Under the pieces are notes generated by a model. That model was not told the DNA's origin, ran no database searches, and saw nothing but the letters and a program-made list of their open reading frames with translations. DNA of 64,000 bases from Eledone cirrhosa (taxonomy: Eukaryota). The DNA is taken from positions 85,374,001 to 85,438,000 of the forward strand of contig OZ024741.1 in the NCBI GenBank assembly GCA_964016885.1, written 5' to 3'. Shown here piece after piece: positions 25,173-38,356 of this stretch; position 1 is the stretch's first letter, and each line of letters begins with the position of its first letter. A program made the position numbers and the translations under genes.

Positions 25173-25554
25173 GAAAAAGATATCGTTTTTTACAAAGACA
25201 ATATAACAAATTGGAAACAGGTGGAGAAGTTAAAACAGCTCAAAATACAGTAAATTATATTAATAAACAGTACAAAAGGCTTTGTTTCATACTTCAATCA
25301 AAGATTTTTTTTAATAAGCACGTGTACAAAATTCTAATGTGTTAAACATAATAATTACGCATACATCTTAAATGTAAACATATCCTCTGACTGCTCGCCG
25401 TTGTGCGGTTTGGTGAGATTTATAATGAGACTTTTACTTATAAATAACTGATTTTGACAAGTCCCAATAAGTCGGTGGGGGGGCGTAATTATATTTTTCT
25501 CCCCAAACTAAACACACATCTATTTGTATATGCGCTACAATTTATGTACATGTT

Positions 25555-25830
25555 ATGTAGAGACAGATTGGAAGAGAGTTGGGTGTAGTAGATATAGAGA
25601 GGGGGAGAGTTTGGTGTTAATTGATATAGAGAGGAGGATTGGGAGAGATAAGTGTAGTTATTTATAGAGCTAAAGAGAGTGTTTCAGTCCTATATAGAGA
25701 GAGTGGAATAAGAGAGGCGGTGTCGTGGTAGATATAGAGAGGGGTAGATTTTTGTTTTAGTAGATGCAAAGAGGGGTATTAAAAGAGAGTTTTGTGTGAT
25801 AGACATATAGAGGAGGAGAGTTTGGTGGCA
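25555..25830 (+). repeat. Degenerate ~30-35-bp tandem repeat
   Basis: Recurrent GAGAGTTTGGTGT..GATATAGAGAGGGG units. Confidence 0.6.
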
Positions 25831-26028
25831 CTCTCGGGTTTCAAATGATTGGAGAGGTGGTAGTAATGGGAATACTTGAGAAATCAGTAATTGTATAGTG
25901 TACGTTCGTAAATATGGGATTTCTTGTAATGTTCTTTTATAATTTATAATCGGTTTTTTTAATGTAAAATAAAATTATTATTAGATTCTCCAGCTGCTAT
26001 GTCAATATGAATCACAATAAAATTTCGC

Positions 26029-26061
<33 letters not shown>

Positions 26062-26100
26062 AATTAATAAGTTGGGGCGGGGTTGATTATTCAAGACCTG

Positions 26101-26298
26101 AAAGTAGGTGAATTATTGACGGGCATAAGAATGAAAACTCGATACCGAAGTAGAGTTTAAATATTCATTTATTATGGCTAAGCCTTGTTACTCTGTAGTC
26201 TCACCTGCGTACTCACCAGACAAGACTGGTGATCCTGTGTGTGCGCAGGTGAAACTTTAGCGTAACAAAGCTCACTAATAGCCACAATAAATGAATGT
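26101..26298. repeat. Imperfect ~135-bp hairpin element; 26101-26258 duplicated at 29826-29983
   Basis: ATTCATTTATTATGGCTA..AGCCTTGTTAC pairs with GTAACAAAGCT..TAGCCACAATAAATGAAT, with inner stems CACCTGCG/CGCAGGTG and TCACCAG/CTGGTGA. Confidence 0.7.
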
Positions 26299-26964
26299 AT
26301 GCATATATATATATTTAGGAGATGAATAAATTTAGGTATAATACCAGTTTCTTACCAAATGTGAAGAAGCTCGACATATTAACCTCTTAGGAAAGAGCAC
26401 AGAGCATAATTTTTTTTCAATATACTGTGGCGGTGGAACTAGGGGTGGAGGGGCGTGCCCCACTCCAATAATTATATTTTCTCCCCAAACTACCAAAACA
26501 CATCTATTTTGACATGCGCTACAATTTATGTTATGTTTATCGCATATCACGTGTTTTGACCATGTTTGATGAGTGCAAAGAGCTAAACTAATCACTACAA
26601 CTAAATTGTCTAATGTATATATAGGCATGTCCACACATACACAAACACGCGTATACATGTATATATACATGTGTGTATATATATATATGTGTGTGTGTGT
26701 GTACGAGGTCTGTCGAAAACGTGTAGTCATCACTTCCCACGAGGAAGTGATGACGATATGTTAACCACTGAGCCATATAACACGTCAACAATATATAGCC
26801 AACAGTACAACCTTCCCAGACGTATGTGTTTACCTGTATATACCCACACTCGTGCCTGCACAACCGATACACAGACACATGTAAACAAGCACACAGACAC
26901 ACACAATTAGAAGCTCAAATAAAGCTCGCCTACATAGACTAAATCAAACAATGTTTTGCAGTGT

Positions 26965-27207
26965 GAGGTGGTGGTGGTGGTGGTAGTGGTGGTAGGGTCG
27001 TGGTGGTGCTGGTGCTGGTGCTGCTGCTGCTGCTGCTGGCGGTGCTGGTGGCGGCGGTGGTAGTGGTGGCGGTAGGTGTGTGACGTGGTGGGCTGGGAGA
27101 GCTGAAGTGGGGGAAGAGAAAATGATGATGATGATGATGATGACGATGATTACGATGATGATGATGATGATGACGATGATTACGATGATGATGATGATGA
27201 TGATGAT
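26965..27207. repeat. Compound triplet repeats (GGT/GCT/GAT)n
   Basis: Directly visible. Confidence 0.85.
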
Positions 27208-27534
27208 ATTTACACAAGAAATATAAACAGGCGGAGAGTAAATTGATAGTTGCAGGATCTATCACCAACGATTATTGTTTTAAGCGTTGCTAGGCGTTTG
27301 TAAAGAAACAGAGACGAGAGGAACTCAAATAAACGAACAAACGAACGAAAAGAGAATGAAATAATAATAATAATAATGATGATTTCTTTATTGGCCACAA
27401 GGGCTGACATCAAGAAAAATATTACAGACGGCACAGGACGGTACGATGTGGGTGTTGTTCGTGTAAAGATTTTTATTATTTATATAAGAAAAGTCAACAT
27501 ATAAAGAAAAAAAACAGCACACAAAGAAAATAAC

Positions 27535-28025
27535 CATCTTCCCGTTCCGCGGTGGCAAACCCCTCGTCCGGGATGCCACTTGCACCGATACTTTCTGCAG
27601 CCGCAACCTGGTGCAGTCTGCGATTAACCCGGGTTCTGCTGCACGTCGGGCTGAGGAGGCTAAACTCCTCAAATACCGGTCGCTCTCCGACAGGTTTGTG
27701 GTTGTGCCCTTGGCAGTGGAGACGTCTGGTGTTCTCGACCCTAGGGCTATCTCTCTTCTCACCACCATAGGCGCTGAGCTGGCCAGCCGCAGGTGTGAGC
27801 CCCGTGAGTTGGAGTGGCTTTTCCAGTGCGTCTCCCTTGCTATCCTCCGGGGAAACGCCTTCTCCATTCTGACCGCCGGGGCTGTGTGTGTGTGTCGGGG
27901 GGGGGGGGGGGGCATCGCGAATCATTCCATATTTAGTTGTGGTCGGTGTGTGTGTGTGTGTGTGTGTTTGTATATATTGCTTTTGTTTTCTTTCAGCATC
28001 ATGTCATTCTTCATTGCTTTTCTGT
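27535..28025 (+). mobile_element. CRE-like non-LTR retrotransposon, 3' fragment
   Basis: Near-copy of 44401-44862, encoding the REL endonuclease C-terminus (DATCTDTF, EEAKLLKY, PLAVET, GNA) with a shared 3' UTR. Confidence 0.75.
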
Positions 28026-30095
28026 AATGTATGAAGAAAATAAAACGAAACAAAACAATCCATTCCGATTATGTTATGGTTTGTTGTTTAAAGGTTAATG
28101 AGGTTTGTCTTCAAATGATTAAAAAGTTCGCTCGACGATCATTAAATCCTGGGTTTAATGGCGATTGGTCTTTGCATTGTGGTTACTGTAGTTATCCGGG
28201 CTACCACGAATATGAGGTTCGTTTCTCGCAAACGCCACCGTCACGTTATTTCTGTCATAAAATCGCATCGGTTAAGTTAGAATTTATCATAAAAAATCTT
28301 AATCATTCACACACACACGCACACACACACACACACACGCCTTCTCGGAATGGTATATGTGTGTGTATACATATGTATATACATACACACATATACAGAG
28401 AGAGATACATAAAGAGCAGGCATAGGAAACCTTTTTCGAGAAGCGGGTCGCATGAGATATAATTCAGGTTGTTTTGATTTGTTTCTTCAGAATGCGTACA
28501 CGTTGTTTTCCTCGATCGTAAAAATGATAGAAAAATAAATTACGACTGAAAAGTTGGGGTAAAAAAATCAGAAAGATTTCACTTGGATGACTTAGGCGAG
28601 CCATTCTGAAAGCTTCGCGGACCGCAAGTTACCCATGACTGGTATTGAGGGTGCTCCAAAAGTCACTAGACAATTATATATATATAATGGGATTTTTGAG
28701 ACACCCTGTGTATTGCAAAAGACCAGCAATGTCACAACGTGTCACACTGAAGTGCCCTAAGAATTATGTCATGGGTACACCTCTGTGTACTACTCAGTTA
28801 CACTATTATATAAAAGAGACTCAGAGTCAGCCTTGTCACACAATGTGTTACGATGAATATTCCTGTGAATTACGTTAAGATTATTCGTGCCTGTTGAATG
28901 CCTAGTCACTTACGCTACAATACAAGATAGACTATCTTTGTAATTCAAAAGACTAGGGTTGTCATACAATGCCACGCTGAATCTCCTTGGAAATTACATT
29001 AAGGAAACACGTGTCTGTGAAATGCTAGCACGTTAATTTCATGAGCAAGCTATTCTGTTGCTAGAACAACTGGAATGCTCATCGTTGAAACTGACGGGTA
29101 TCCATTCCAGACTAGCTACAAAGAGTAGTAGGATGTAATTTATTTGCTGTGTCAAGAGGAAAAGAAAAACAGTAAAAAGGCAATACGGAAAAGAAAAGAT
29201 CTGTCCCGGCATTGTGATCGTTGTGTCGTTTGTTGTTTTAAGGTCGACAGCTGTTTGTCCTGTTGTCTATACAGTATTTATTGATGTAACTCCGGTTAGT
29301 GAGAGTAACGGGAGCTTCCGGAGATTCAACAATACTTCGCGTCGCCTCCCGCCTATATACGTATACACACAAGAACAGGCGGTGTGTGGGTTTATGGTGC
29401 TTGTTGGTATAACTAGAGTTTATTGTCAGCACAGCCGCCCATCTAGTTATTTCCTCAAAACTTTCTTAGTAATGCATATTTTCAAATGAAATCTTGCAAA
29501 GATACATTTTCGAAGATGTAGTTTACGATGATGTTGATGAAATTTAGAAGACTTTTTATTCACAGTTCATAGAAGTGGCATTGCGTTATTGTAGAAAATA
29601 TATGACATTATCCTGATAGGTATTATTTATTATCGATATGAAATTGGAAGACATGATGAAAATATTTCCGAGTTTATGTTTAACAAAACGGAAATCGACA
29701 GTATTCAGTAAATAAAAGTATTGAAGAACGGAACCATACAACAATGAATTTATCTTTTGATTAAAGTTTTTTTTTTTTTTTTCAAAATGTCAGCAAGGAA
29801 AACGTGTCTGAAAAAAATTCAATTTAAAGTAGGTGAATTATTGACGGGCATAAGAATGAAAACTCGATACCGAAGTAGAGTTTAAATATTCATTTATTAT
29901 GGCTAAGCCTTGTTACTCTGTAGTCTCACCTGCGTACTCACCAGACAAGACTGGTGATCCTGTGTGTGCGCAGGTGAAACTTTGTTAGGAAAGGTAAGAA
30001 GAAACAAAGTCATTGGCGGAGGCACTAAGCTGTAGCATTCCAGTCGTGACCATCCACTCAGTGTTTTTGTTATCCATAGTGTATCCTGGAATGTA

Positions 30096-30255
30096 GGCGG
30101 CGAATTGGCAGAGTCTTTAGAACGTCGGATAGAATGCTTCGTAGTATTCGTTTCGGCTCTCTGCTCTGAGTTCAAATCTCGCCGATGTTAATTTTACCTT
30201 TCATCTATTCAAGGTTGATTAAAGAATGTACCAGTCTAGTACTGAGATCGATTCT
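30096..30255 (+). mobile_element. tRNA-derived SINE, diverged
   Basis: GGCGGCGAATTGGCAG...GAGTTCAAATC...CCTTTCATC. Confidence 0.6.
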
Positions 30256-30553
30256 TCCTCTATATCTCTTTTGCTCTCTCTATCCTACTCTGGGAGAAAT
30301 CTGTTATATCCAGACCGAGAGAGGATTGGGCTCCGCCAGGTTTAAAAAGTGCCCTAGAAACACCGTGTTAATACGACGCCCCTACGACTCCCTTGTGAGT
30401 TACGGCACCATGCATGCATCTAGGAATACATTCAGTATCCAACCGTGTCTCTTGTTTTTTCCTTTTTTTTTGTCTATTTTATCATTTTCATTTTTTTTTT
30501 TTGCATTTCCATTGTATTGAGTAGTTGCTTCCTTTTTTTCTTCCTTCTTGAAG

Positions 30554-30741
30554 CGAAGATATGAAAATATGGCTGAATGAAAATGTCGACGGCGACACAA
30601 ATAGAATGAAATCGACATATGTGCATCAGAAGGCCAAGGAGATTAGAGATGTTATTGCATCTGTGAAAGAACAACAACAGGCAATCATATGTAAGCTTGA
30701 GATGGAACAAACAAAGCTTGAGGAAGAAATTTATGAAAGAT
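30554..30741 (+). CDS. CCDC148: CCDC148-like coiled-coil protein, exon A
   Basis: Polypyrimidine tract + AG acceptor and GTAAGA donor. Encodes EDMKIWLNEN...VKEQQQAIICKLEMEQTKLEEEIYER; its phase joins exon B (T|GT = Cys). Confidence 0.75.
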
Positions 30742-30844
30742 GTAAGAAACACGTTTTATATTGTTATGTCTCTTTCATTCTCGGGAACCCATTGTGTCCT
30801 TGAGTAAAGCACGTTATTTCATTACTGTTTTTCTTCTTTTCACA

Positions 30845-31262
30845 TCCTGGATGCTGCGGCTAGGGCGCGAGTCACAGCTTCCGCAGCCGAACGGAACAAA
30901 ATCCTAAAATACTGTGATGTGTCGGCCAACTACATTTTCCAGCCTGTGGTGTTCGAGACGTTTGGGGGAGTCGGGCTACTGACTGCGAGATTCCTATCTT
31001 CACTGCCGGCTCGCCTAACAGAAGTACCTGGTGAAGCTTGCGAGGGCGCTTGATTGTTCCTGCGCATCAGCTTCGCCATCACCCGAGGTAACGCCGAGAG
31101 TGTGCTGGCTTGCCTCAAAAATTATTAGAGAGGTTTCCCAGTGTTCCTCTCAATACTGTTATCTTTTACTCTGGTAGCGGCTCGGTTGTCCCCCCCTTTC
31201 GCCTGCCATTTGTTGTTGTGGTCCTAGATGTGTGTGCTAACAGCTTCTGTGTTGTTGTTTTT
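30845..31262 (+). mobile_element. CRE-like retrotransposon 3' fragment, second subfamily
   Basis: Encodes degenerate KILKY..YIFQPVVFETFGGVG..RISFAITRGNA, followed by a 3' UTR containing GTGGTCCTAGATGTGTGTGCTA. Confidence 0.65.
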
Positions 31263-31404
31263 TCTCTTTACTCTTTCTTTTCCTTTCTATTAAAAAAAAA
31301 AGATTCCATAGGAAATGTAGAAAATCTCGAATGCAGAGAATAACTTTTTTCGTTTGTGCGAGTCTTTTACTCCCATTTCTCTACGCTATTATTTATAGAA
31401 ATTG

Positions 31405-31800
31405 AGCGGTGGATTGGCAGTATCGGTAGAGGGTTGGACACCATGCTTTGCAGCATAGAGTTACGGCCCTTTACGGTCTGAGTTAAAATCCCGCCAAGCT
31501 TAAATTTGCCTTTCATCCTTACGGGGTCTATAAAATAAAGTACCAGTAATTCACTGAGATAATTGCTGTCCTTGTGCCCAAAGTAGAAACAATTATTTAT
31601 AGAAATCTGGTAACAACGAGTTGTACCTATAATTCAAAGTGCCAGCCATATGTATCACATTGAATCTCCAGGAGAACTACATTAAGGATATACGTGTCTG
31701 TGGAATTATCAGCCACTTGCACGTTAACATTTCGCGAGCAGGTTGTTTTGATGTTTGAACAACTGGAAGCCTTATAGTCGGAACCGACAGGGGTTCAGCA
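31405..31800 (+). mobile_element. tRNA-derived SINE with long 3' tail
   Basis: Same head as 15761; the tail at 31630-31800 is homologous to 28940-29100. Confidence 0.65.
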
Positions 31801-32316
31801 CCAGTCTTTTCCTACTATTGCAGACTTGCCAACCTCTAAATTCCCAAATTGAGAGTACCATGAAAAAAGTGCCCCAAAACAGCGAGAAATGAGGCATACC
31901 CATTTTCACAGGAAAAGACATCTTTCACCCACCCCAAAGTGCGTGGGAGATCTCCCTGTTGGACTGGGAGATTTGACAAGTCAGTTATTGGTTGCACGCT
32001 GTTGTTATTGTTGTTGTTGCTATTGCTGTGTATTCAGACCCCGTGAACATGTATGCAGGGCTACATCTACTATATCTGTATAAAGTATAGCCCGATGAAT
32101 GCTTTTTATAAAGATGGTAGTGACCTAAGGGAGATTTAGCTGCTCTTTTCAGCAAGTCAACCGTTCTGTTACTGTCTCCCCTAGTAGTATGTTGTTAATG
32201 TTGTCAACCTCGATTGTGCAGACTTATGATTAAAGGTATTGCAGCCTTGAGCAATCCTCTTGTTTTGAATTTTAAACCTTGCTATCTCTTTATCTACCTA
32301 TTTATCTGTGAGTGTG

Positions 32317-32424
<108 letters not shown>

Positions 32425-32917
32425 AATACATAATCGGAGAAAGCTAATAGCGATACTCCGGCCAAATTCCAACTCACTCAACAAACATTAGGAAATACCT
32501 GAGTATATTCCTAATTAAACGTTCGGGGTGCTAACTAATTGTATTGTGTGAAAAATTGGCTGTATCATTTCATATGAGATATATCATATACATCACTTCC
32601 CAGACGACTCGTTTCATTATAAGATTTCTACAAGTTGGGTGAAATTATACCAATTTATGTAGAAGCTTGTATAAGATCAACAGATACTTATTCAAGTGGA
32701 CTCTTATATATATATATGTTGTTATACTTGGGGAGGGTCATATTTGTGTAATAATATTACCAGAATTAATAACAGAACACACTCACTGTTTGGTTGGTTT
32801 TCGCTTCTGTGTCTTTTATATCGGTTAATTTAATTTATTAGGTCCTCAATGTTACCATTGACTGACCAACGGTCAAAAATACAGATACAATATAGACACA
32901 AACACATATATATAGTC

Positions 32918-32960
32918 TAACAAAGTTCTTTCGTTGCACATCTGCAACATCGTCAGTGGT
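32918..32960 (-). ncRNA. Hammerhead motif downstream of a PLE GIY-YIG ORF
   Basis: CTGACGA-T-GTTGCA-GATG-TGCAAC-GAAA-GAACTT. Core and stem II are intact; stems I and III are degraded. Confidence 0.55.
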
Positions 32961-33185
32961 GCTATTATATTTCCTCCCGTTGTATTGTATGCCTACGCCA
33001 TCTTTATTTAGTCTGTTTATTTTTTTTTTTTTGTCTTCTCTGCGCTTGCGTTTGCGTGTGTGTATAGTGTTTGATGTGTGTTCGTGTTTGGGTGACCATG
33101 TATTGGTTATTGTATTCTATCTTAGTTTACTAGTGTGTGTTTATATGTGTTTGTTGTTATTGTGCTTGTGTATGTATTTATTTAT

Positions 33186-33680
33186 TTATACTTCTCTTAG
33201 GTATGTGTTGTTTGTTTGGGTGTTGTTGTTATTCCATTCATTTTTTCTGTTTAGCCTTGGCCTTCTAAGTTCTATTTCGCTAGCCTCTCTGATTTGCCTA
33301 TCTGCTGGGTCATTTCTATGTTTAGATATTATTCTAATTTCTATGTTGTCTATGTTACCGTCGTGTTGTTGTCTGGCATGTTCGTATAGTACTGAACCGT
33401 TTTTTCGTCCTTTTAGTTCCCCCCAGTGTTGGTCTATCCTATCACCTATGCCACGAGCTGTCTCGCCTATGTATGTTGTTGTCATGTTTCTGCAAGTACC
33501 TTCTGTACATCTTATGCTATAGACTACGTTTCTAGTTTTACAGTTTATCCGGGGGTTTACTTTACATATAATACATTTCCTATTAGTACAGTGGGTTTTC
33601 TTAAAAGGGTAGGTTTTGCTGATCAGGGATTTTATGGTGGTTTCTGGTTTTTCTACCACCTTAAACTTTAAGTGGGTCTT
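33186..33680 (-). pseudogene. Penelope-like element, 3' fragment with GIY-YIG endonuclease
   Basis: Cys linker CTNRKCIIC, then NVVYSIRC..YIGETAR..R..QH..RQIREA..LNRKNEW. Confidence 0.85.
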
Positions 33681-33814
33681 TCTCAGGGCCTGCGCAAAGA
33701 AGACAAAAAATAAATAAATAAATAAATAAATAAATAAAAAAATAAATAAATAAACTGACTAAATAAACAATATTTGTTTCGACACACGATTTCATATCAA
33801 AAACCTCGCAAAAC

Positions 33815-33955
<141 letters not shown>

Positions 33956-34073
33956 AAATAATACCTACGTTCATTGTTCTATAATAGTTGAGTTTTAAGA
34001 TAAAATTTCTAAAAAAATCTAATTTGAGAAGAAATTACATTCCTTTGGTCGCTCTTCTGTATTTCTTGTTTAG

Positions 34074-34269
34074 GTCGACAAGTCTCTATTTTTTTCACAA
34101 ATACGGATACTGCTCAGAAACCCTTACTAGGGATTCCTTGGGAAGCCATTAATATGGAGTGCCCTGACGATGAGCTGAAGAGCCGAGTGTTGAGGGAATT
34201 CCTAGTTATAGATGAAAAATACAATGACAAGCTTCAGAGTTTGAAAGACACTAACAAAGAGATTTTAAG
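34074..34269 (+). CDS. CCDC148: CCDC148-like exon B
   Basis: TTTAG acceptor and GTAAGG donor. Encodes GIPWEAINMECPDDELKSRVLREFLVIDEKY, resembling the recalled vertebrate CCDC148 LECPYPDLKSSILSEF..KY. Confidence 0.82.
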
Positions 34270-34533
34270 GTAAGGGGAAATTACATGGATTCTACTTTAG
34301 CGTGTGGTCTACGTGGCCATTTACACGTGATCCTGCAGTATACCTGGTCATTTATACTTTAGCAGGCGGTTTTCCTGCAGGTATGTGTCTGTGTGTATAT
34401 TATGACTTATACACTGTTCACTTTCCTGACATTTGTACATTAATCTATGTTCTTATGTACTATACATGCACCTTTGATGAGTTGTAGTGCACCTGGGCAC
34501 TGTTCACAATACTTTTCATTATATTCATATTAA

Positions 34534-34750
34534 GGCGGTGGATTGGCAGAATCGGTAGAAGGTCGGACGCCATGCTTTGCAGCATAGAGTTACAGCCCTT
34601 TATGTTCTGAGTTCAAATCCCGCCGAGGTTAACTTTGCCTTTCATCCTTACGGGGTCGATAAAATAAAGTACTAGTCACGCACTGGGGTCGATTTAATCG
34701 ACTTCCCCCGCCCCCAAATTGCTGGCCTTTAAATAAGAAACCATTATTAT
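34534..34750 (+). mobile_element. tRNA-derived SINE
   Basis: Best-preserved copy: TGGCAGAATCGG, GAGTTCAAATCCC, GCCTTTCATCCTTACGGGGTCGATAAAATAAAGTAC. Confidence 0.8.
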
Positions 34751-34769
34751 GTTTACGCATTAGTGTACA

Positions 34770-35750
34770 CATTACACATGCTGTCTACCTAGTTATTTGT
34801 TACATTAACGCGCGGTATGCTTGGTCTTTTACAGGCCAATATGCGATTTATGTAGTCATTTACAATATAGTATGTGGTCTACCTGGCTATTTACAGTTTA
34901 GTGTGTGGTTTATCTGGTTATTTATAATCCAGTGTGCGGTTAAACTGGCCATTTACAGTTTAGTGTGTGCCCTACCTGGTCATTTACACATTAGCGTGCA
35001 GTCTACCTGATTATTTACAATTTAATGTGAGGGCTGTCTGCTCAGTGTGTGGTCTACCTGGCCATTTAAAGTTCAGCGTACGGTTTACCTGGCCATATAT
35101 TCGCTAACGTATGTTCTACCTGGTCATTTGGAGTTCAGCATAGTTCAACTGGCCATGTACATTTAGAATGTTAGCATCAGTGTATATATTATTAAAAAGA
35201 ACAATAATGGCTGGTGCATGTTTGTATAATAGTTTTACTTCACAGAAGTCAAATATAATAATAGAAATATGTTTTACCACATGTTGTGATGGTGAGTTGG
35301 TCTCAACTCCCAGACTGGAGCGTGTAGAGAAGAGAGAGAGAAGACAGGAGTCATCTCTAGGGAGATAAAGCAGAAGTAGTCTCTTGGTAAGGTTGAAGTG
35401 GTCTTTTCAGCTGCGGCGTAGGAAGTGAGAGAGAATTGCCTCACGTTCTCAAATATATAGTCGCCATGTGGACGTAACTCCATTTAGTACATGGATGTAC
35501 CACTAGGGATCACGACCGTCACAAAGGGACGCTTAGTTCATGGATGTGACACTAGGGGTCACGACCGTCGCAAAGGGACGCAACTCTTATCCGTTCTGAG
35601 TTCCTCGCAAAGGGACGCAACTCTTATCCGTTCTGAGTTCCAGCCGTAAGGGGGTCGATACATACACTTGTGTTGTCTAACTGGTCATTCATACGTTAGC
35701 CTATAGTCTACCTGGTGATTTAAACGTTAGCGTGCGGTCTACCCGGTCAT
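34770..35750 (+). repeat. Degenerate ~31-bp minisatellite interrupted by a ~500-bp unrelated insert
   Basis: Unit approximately GTGTGGTCTACCTGGTCATTTACAGTTTA; also present at 34290-34400. Confidence 0.7.
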
Positions 35751-35864
35751 ACTCTCAGTCGCTTAACACTAATCAAACCGTGATAAGCTTTTGATTAGCC
35801 TCTAGGGTTGGGGTAGACTTAAACTTTTTAGTTATCTCCACCTTCTCCCTCAATCTCTTTGCAG

Positions 35865-36012
35865 GTTTGACGAATACGGTAACTGGAGCGAAGAGGAACA
35901 TCGAGAGTTCGTATCAATCCTGGAGCAGTATGATTCAGATAACCCACAGAAATCATGGCTAGTTCTTGACCGATTAATGAAACAGCTGCCGCAAATATCG
36001 AAAAATGAACTG
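35865..36012 (+). CDS. CCDC148: CCDC148-like exon C
   Basis: TTTGCAG acceptor; phase continues from exon B (AG|G). Encodes FDEYGNWSEEEHREFVSILEQY..LDRLMKQLPQISKNEL. The GT donor is weak. Confidence 0.8.
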
Positions 36013-37004
36013 GTCTCTATTTTCACTTATTTGTTGTTCCTGCTGCTGTTGTTGTTGTTGTTGTTGCTGTTGCCGTTGTTGATTTCGGAGTGTAGTTATT
36101 CTTGTTGATGCTGTTTTTGATGTTCTTCTCGCAATTGTTGTTGTTGTTACTGTTGCTTTTGTTGATGGTGGTTGTGTTGGTGCTGCTGTTGTCATTGTTG
36201 TTTCTGTTGCTGCTACTGCTGTTGTTGGTATTCTTGTTGTTATCGTTGTTGATATTGTTGTTACTGTTTCAACTAATGGTGTAGCTGATATTGACTAGTC
36301 CAAGATCAGCCCTTATCAAGCAGACCTGTGATTAAAACTATACCAACATTAAAGACATTTTCATATAATTGCAAGTGAGAAATGACAATAGCCAACAATA
36401 GAGTGCATTGTTTTTGTTTTCTGTTGTTACAGCTCACATTGCGTACGTTTAGTCTGGTCTCCTATGAGGTCTCATTGGTATTTTAATGATAGGATCTACA
36501 CTACTATCATCGACTGCATTATATTTACTGAAAAGCGTTTTCCTCCGCCAAATTGGGACGAAGACATCACGACTTAGGGAGGAGTGCCGCGCAGTGAAAT
36601 GTCGGATGAAGCGAGGGAATGCTTTCACCATGTCATCCACAGAATCTTTTGGAGGTAGAATGGCTGATGCAATGGGTACCGATGACTATTCTCGGCAGAA
36701 ATGTTTTCGCCATCATTCCCATTGGAGCGTAGCTGAGATATACCGTCTCGTCATGGGTATAGAGATTACTCCCTTCTTTATTCCCCCTCCAACAGTTTTC
36801 ATTTTTCTTTCTGTCGTTATGATAATTTATAAAAGGATGGGGAGGCGTCTTGATCATTTTAAACCTGGCGAGCCCATACCTCTCTAGGTCACAATACAGC
36901 CGAATTCTTCCAGAGAAAGTGGGAGAGGGAGAAATGGATAAATGTATCAATGGCAATGAACCGGAACACATCGGAGGCATTTTAAATCCTATTCACTACC
37001 TTAA

Positions 37005-37500
<496 letters not shown>

Positions 37501-37588
37501 TATTTTAAATAAAAATTGAATAAACACTTGGTTTTGAAAAAATGAAAATTATACTTGAAATAATAAATGGACTTTTGTTTCCTCAAAG

Positions 37589-37795
37589 ATTCAACATCAG
37601 AAGTGGTGGCTTAGCTGGCGTTTCTACCGCGAACATCGGAATAACCTCTTCAGAGGATGGCATCGGTTGCGGGCTGAATTGCTCCAAAAGGCATACATTA
37701 TATTCGCCGAGGCTTGCCTCACTTACGAACTGGACGAAATACAGATGAAGAATAAACAGCAACAGAGGGATCTGTGTGATCAACTCTTTGATAAG
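37589..37795 (+). CDS. CCDC148: CCDC148-like exon D
   Basis: AG acceptor and GTCAGT donor; 69 codons IQHQKWW..ELLQKAYIIFAEAC..QQQRDLCDQLFDK, resembling recalled CCDC148 KAVLTLTEAC..QQELCADL. Confidence 0.82.
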
Positions 37796-37897
37796 GTCAG
37801 TTTGATTCCATAAACGTATATATATATATACATATATACACACACACACATCTATATATATATGTAAGTATGCATACGTACACACACACACACACAA

Positions 37898-37930
<33 letters not shown>

Positions 37931-37983
37931 GTGAAAGATTGAAGAATAACATGGTCGGCTGTACAACAAGGGGCTTTATTTCA

Positions 37984-38093
37984 AGTATTAACAATTGTTT
38001 CATTGATCAGGTGAGTCTAGAGGCCGCTAATCGCTCGAAGTTGCGTCACTTGATCTCCAATACATTATTTACCTCTGATCAAATCCTCAGAAT
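37984..38093 (-). ncRNA. Hammerhead with expanded stem II (family C)
   Basis: ATT-CTGAGGA-TTTGATCAG-(~70 nt)-CTGATCAAT-GAAA-CAATTG-TT-AATAC. Confidence 0.6.
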
Positions 38094-38289
38094 GTGTGTG
38101 TGTGTGTGTGTGTTGTAGTTTGTTTGTCACAGGTCTTTTTGTGGTGAGTAATTAAAAAAAAACAATATAGTATTAGTGATGGCTGTCAATTAAGAACTTG
38201 GAAAGGGATTTTGGGGGGAAAATATGTGTATGAATAATTTCTTTATTATTTCGTGGTCTGTGTGAGAGAGAGAGTGTGTGTGTGTATAC

Positions 38290-38353
<64 letters not shown>

Positions 38354-38356
<3 letters not shown>

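Noticed and set aside
26939-27268. His/Pro/Thr-rich ORF
   Set aside because: It arises from compound triplet repeats, with no splice or domain support.
31821-31983. Short MITE with GACTTGCCAA/TTGACAAGTC ends
   Set aside because: The TIRs are short and imperfect, with no TSD and only a single copy in the window.
32595-32700. Minus-strand GAAA-CGAGTCG-TC hammerhead half
   Set aside because: The 5' core and stem II are too degenerate to call.
34164-34220. CTGACGA/CTGAAGA resembling a hammerhead core
   Set aside because: It lies within a coding exon and has no stem II-GAAA arrangement.
35170-35665. Possible solo LTR inside the minisatellite
   Set aside because: No convincing TG..CA boundaries with a matching TSD.
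36430-37000. ORFs 36486-36887 and 36633-36980 as extra exons or a LINE remnant
   Set aside because: No recognisable motifs, and exons C and D join in frame without them.
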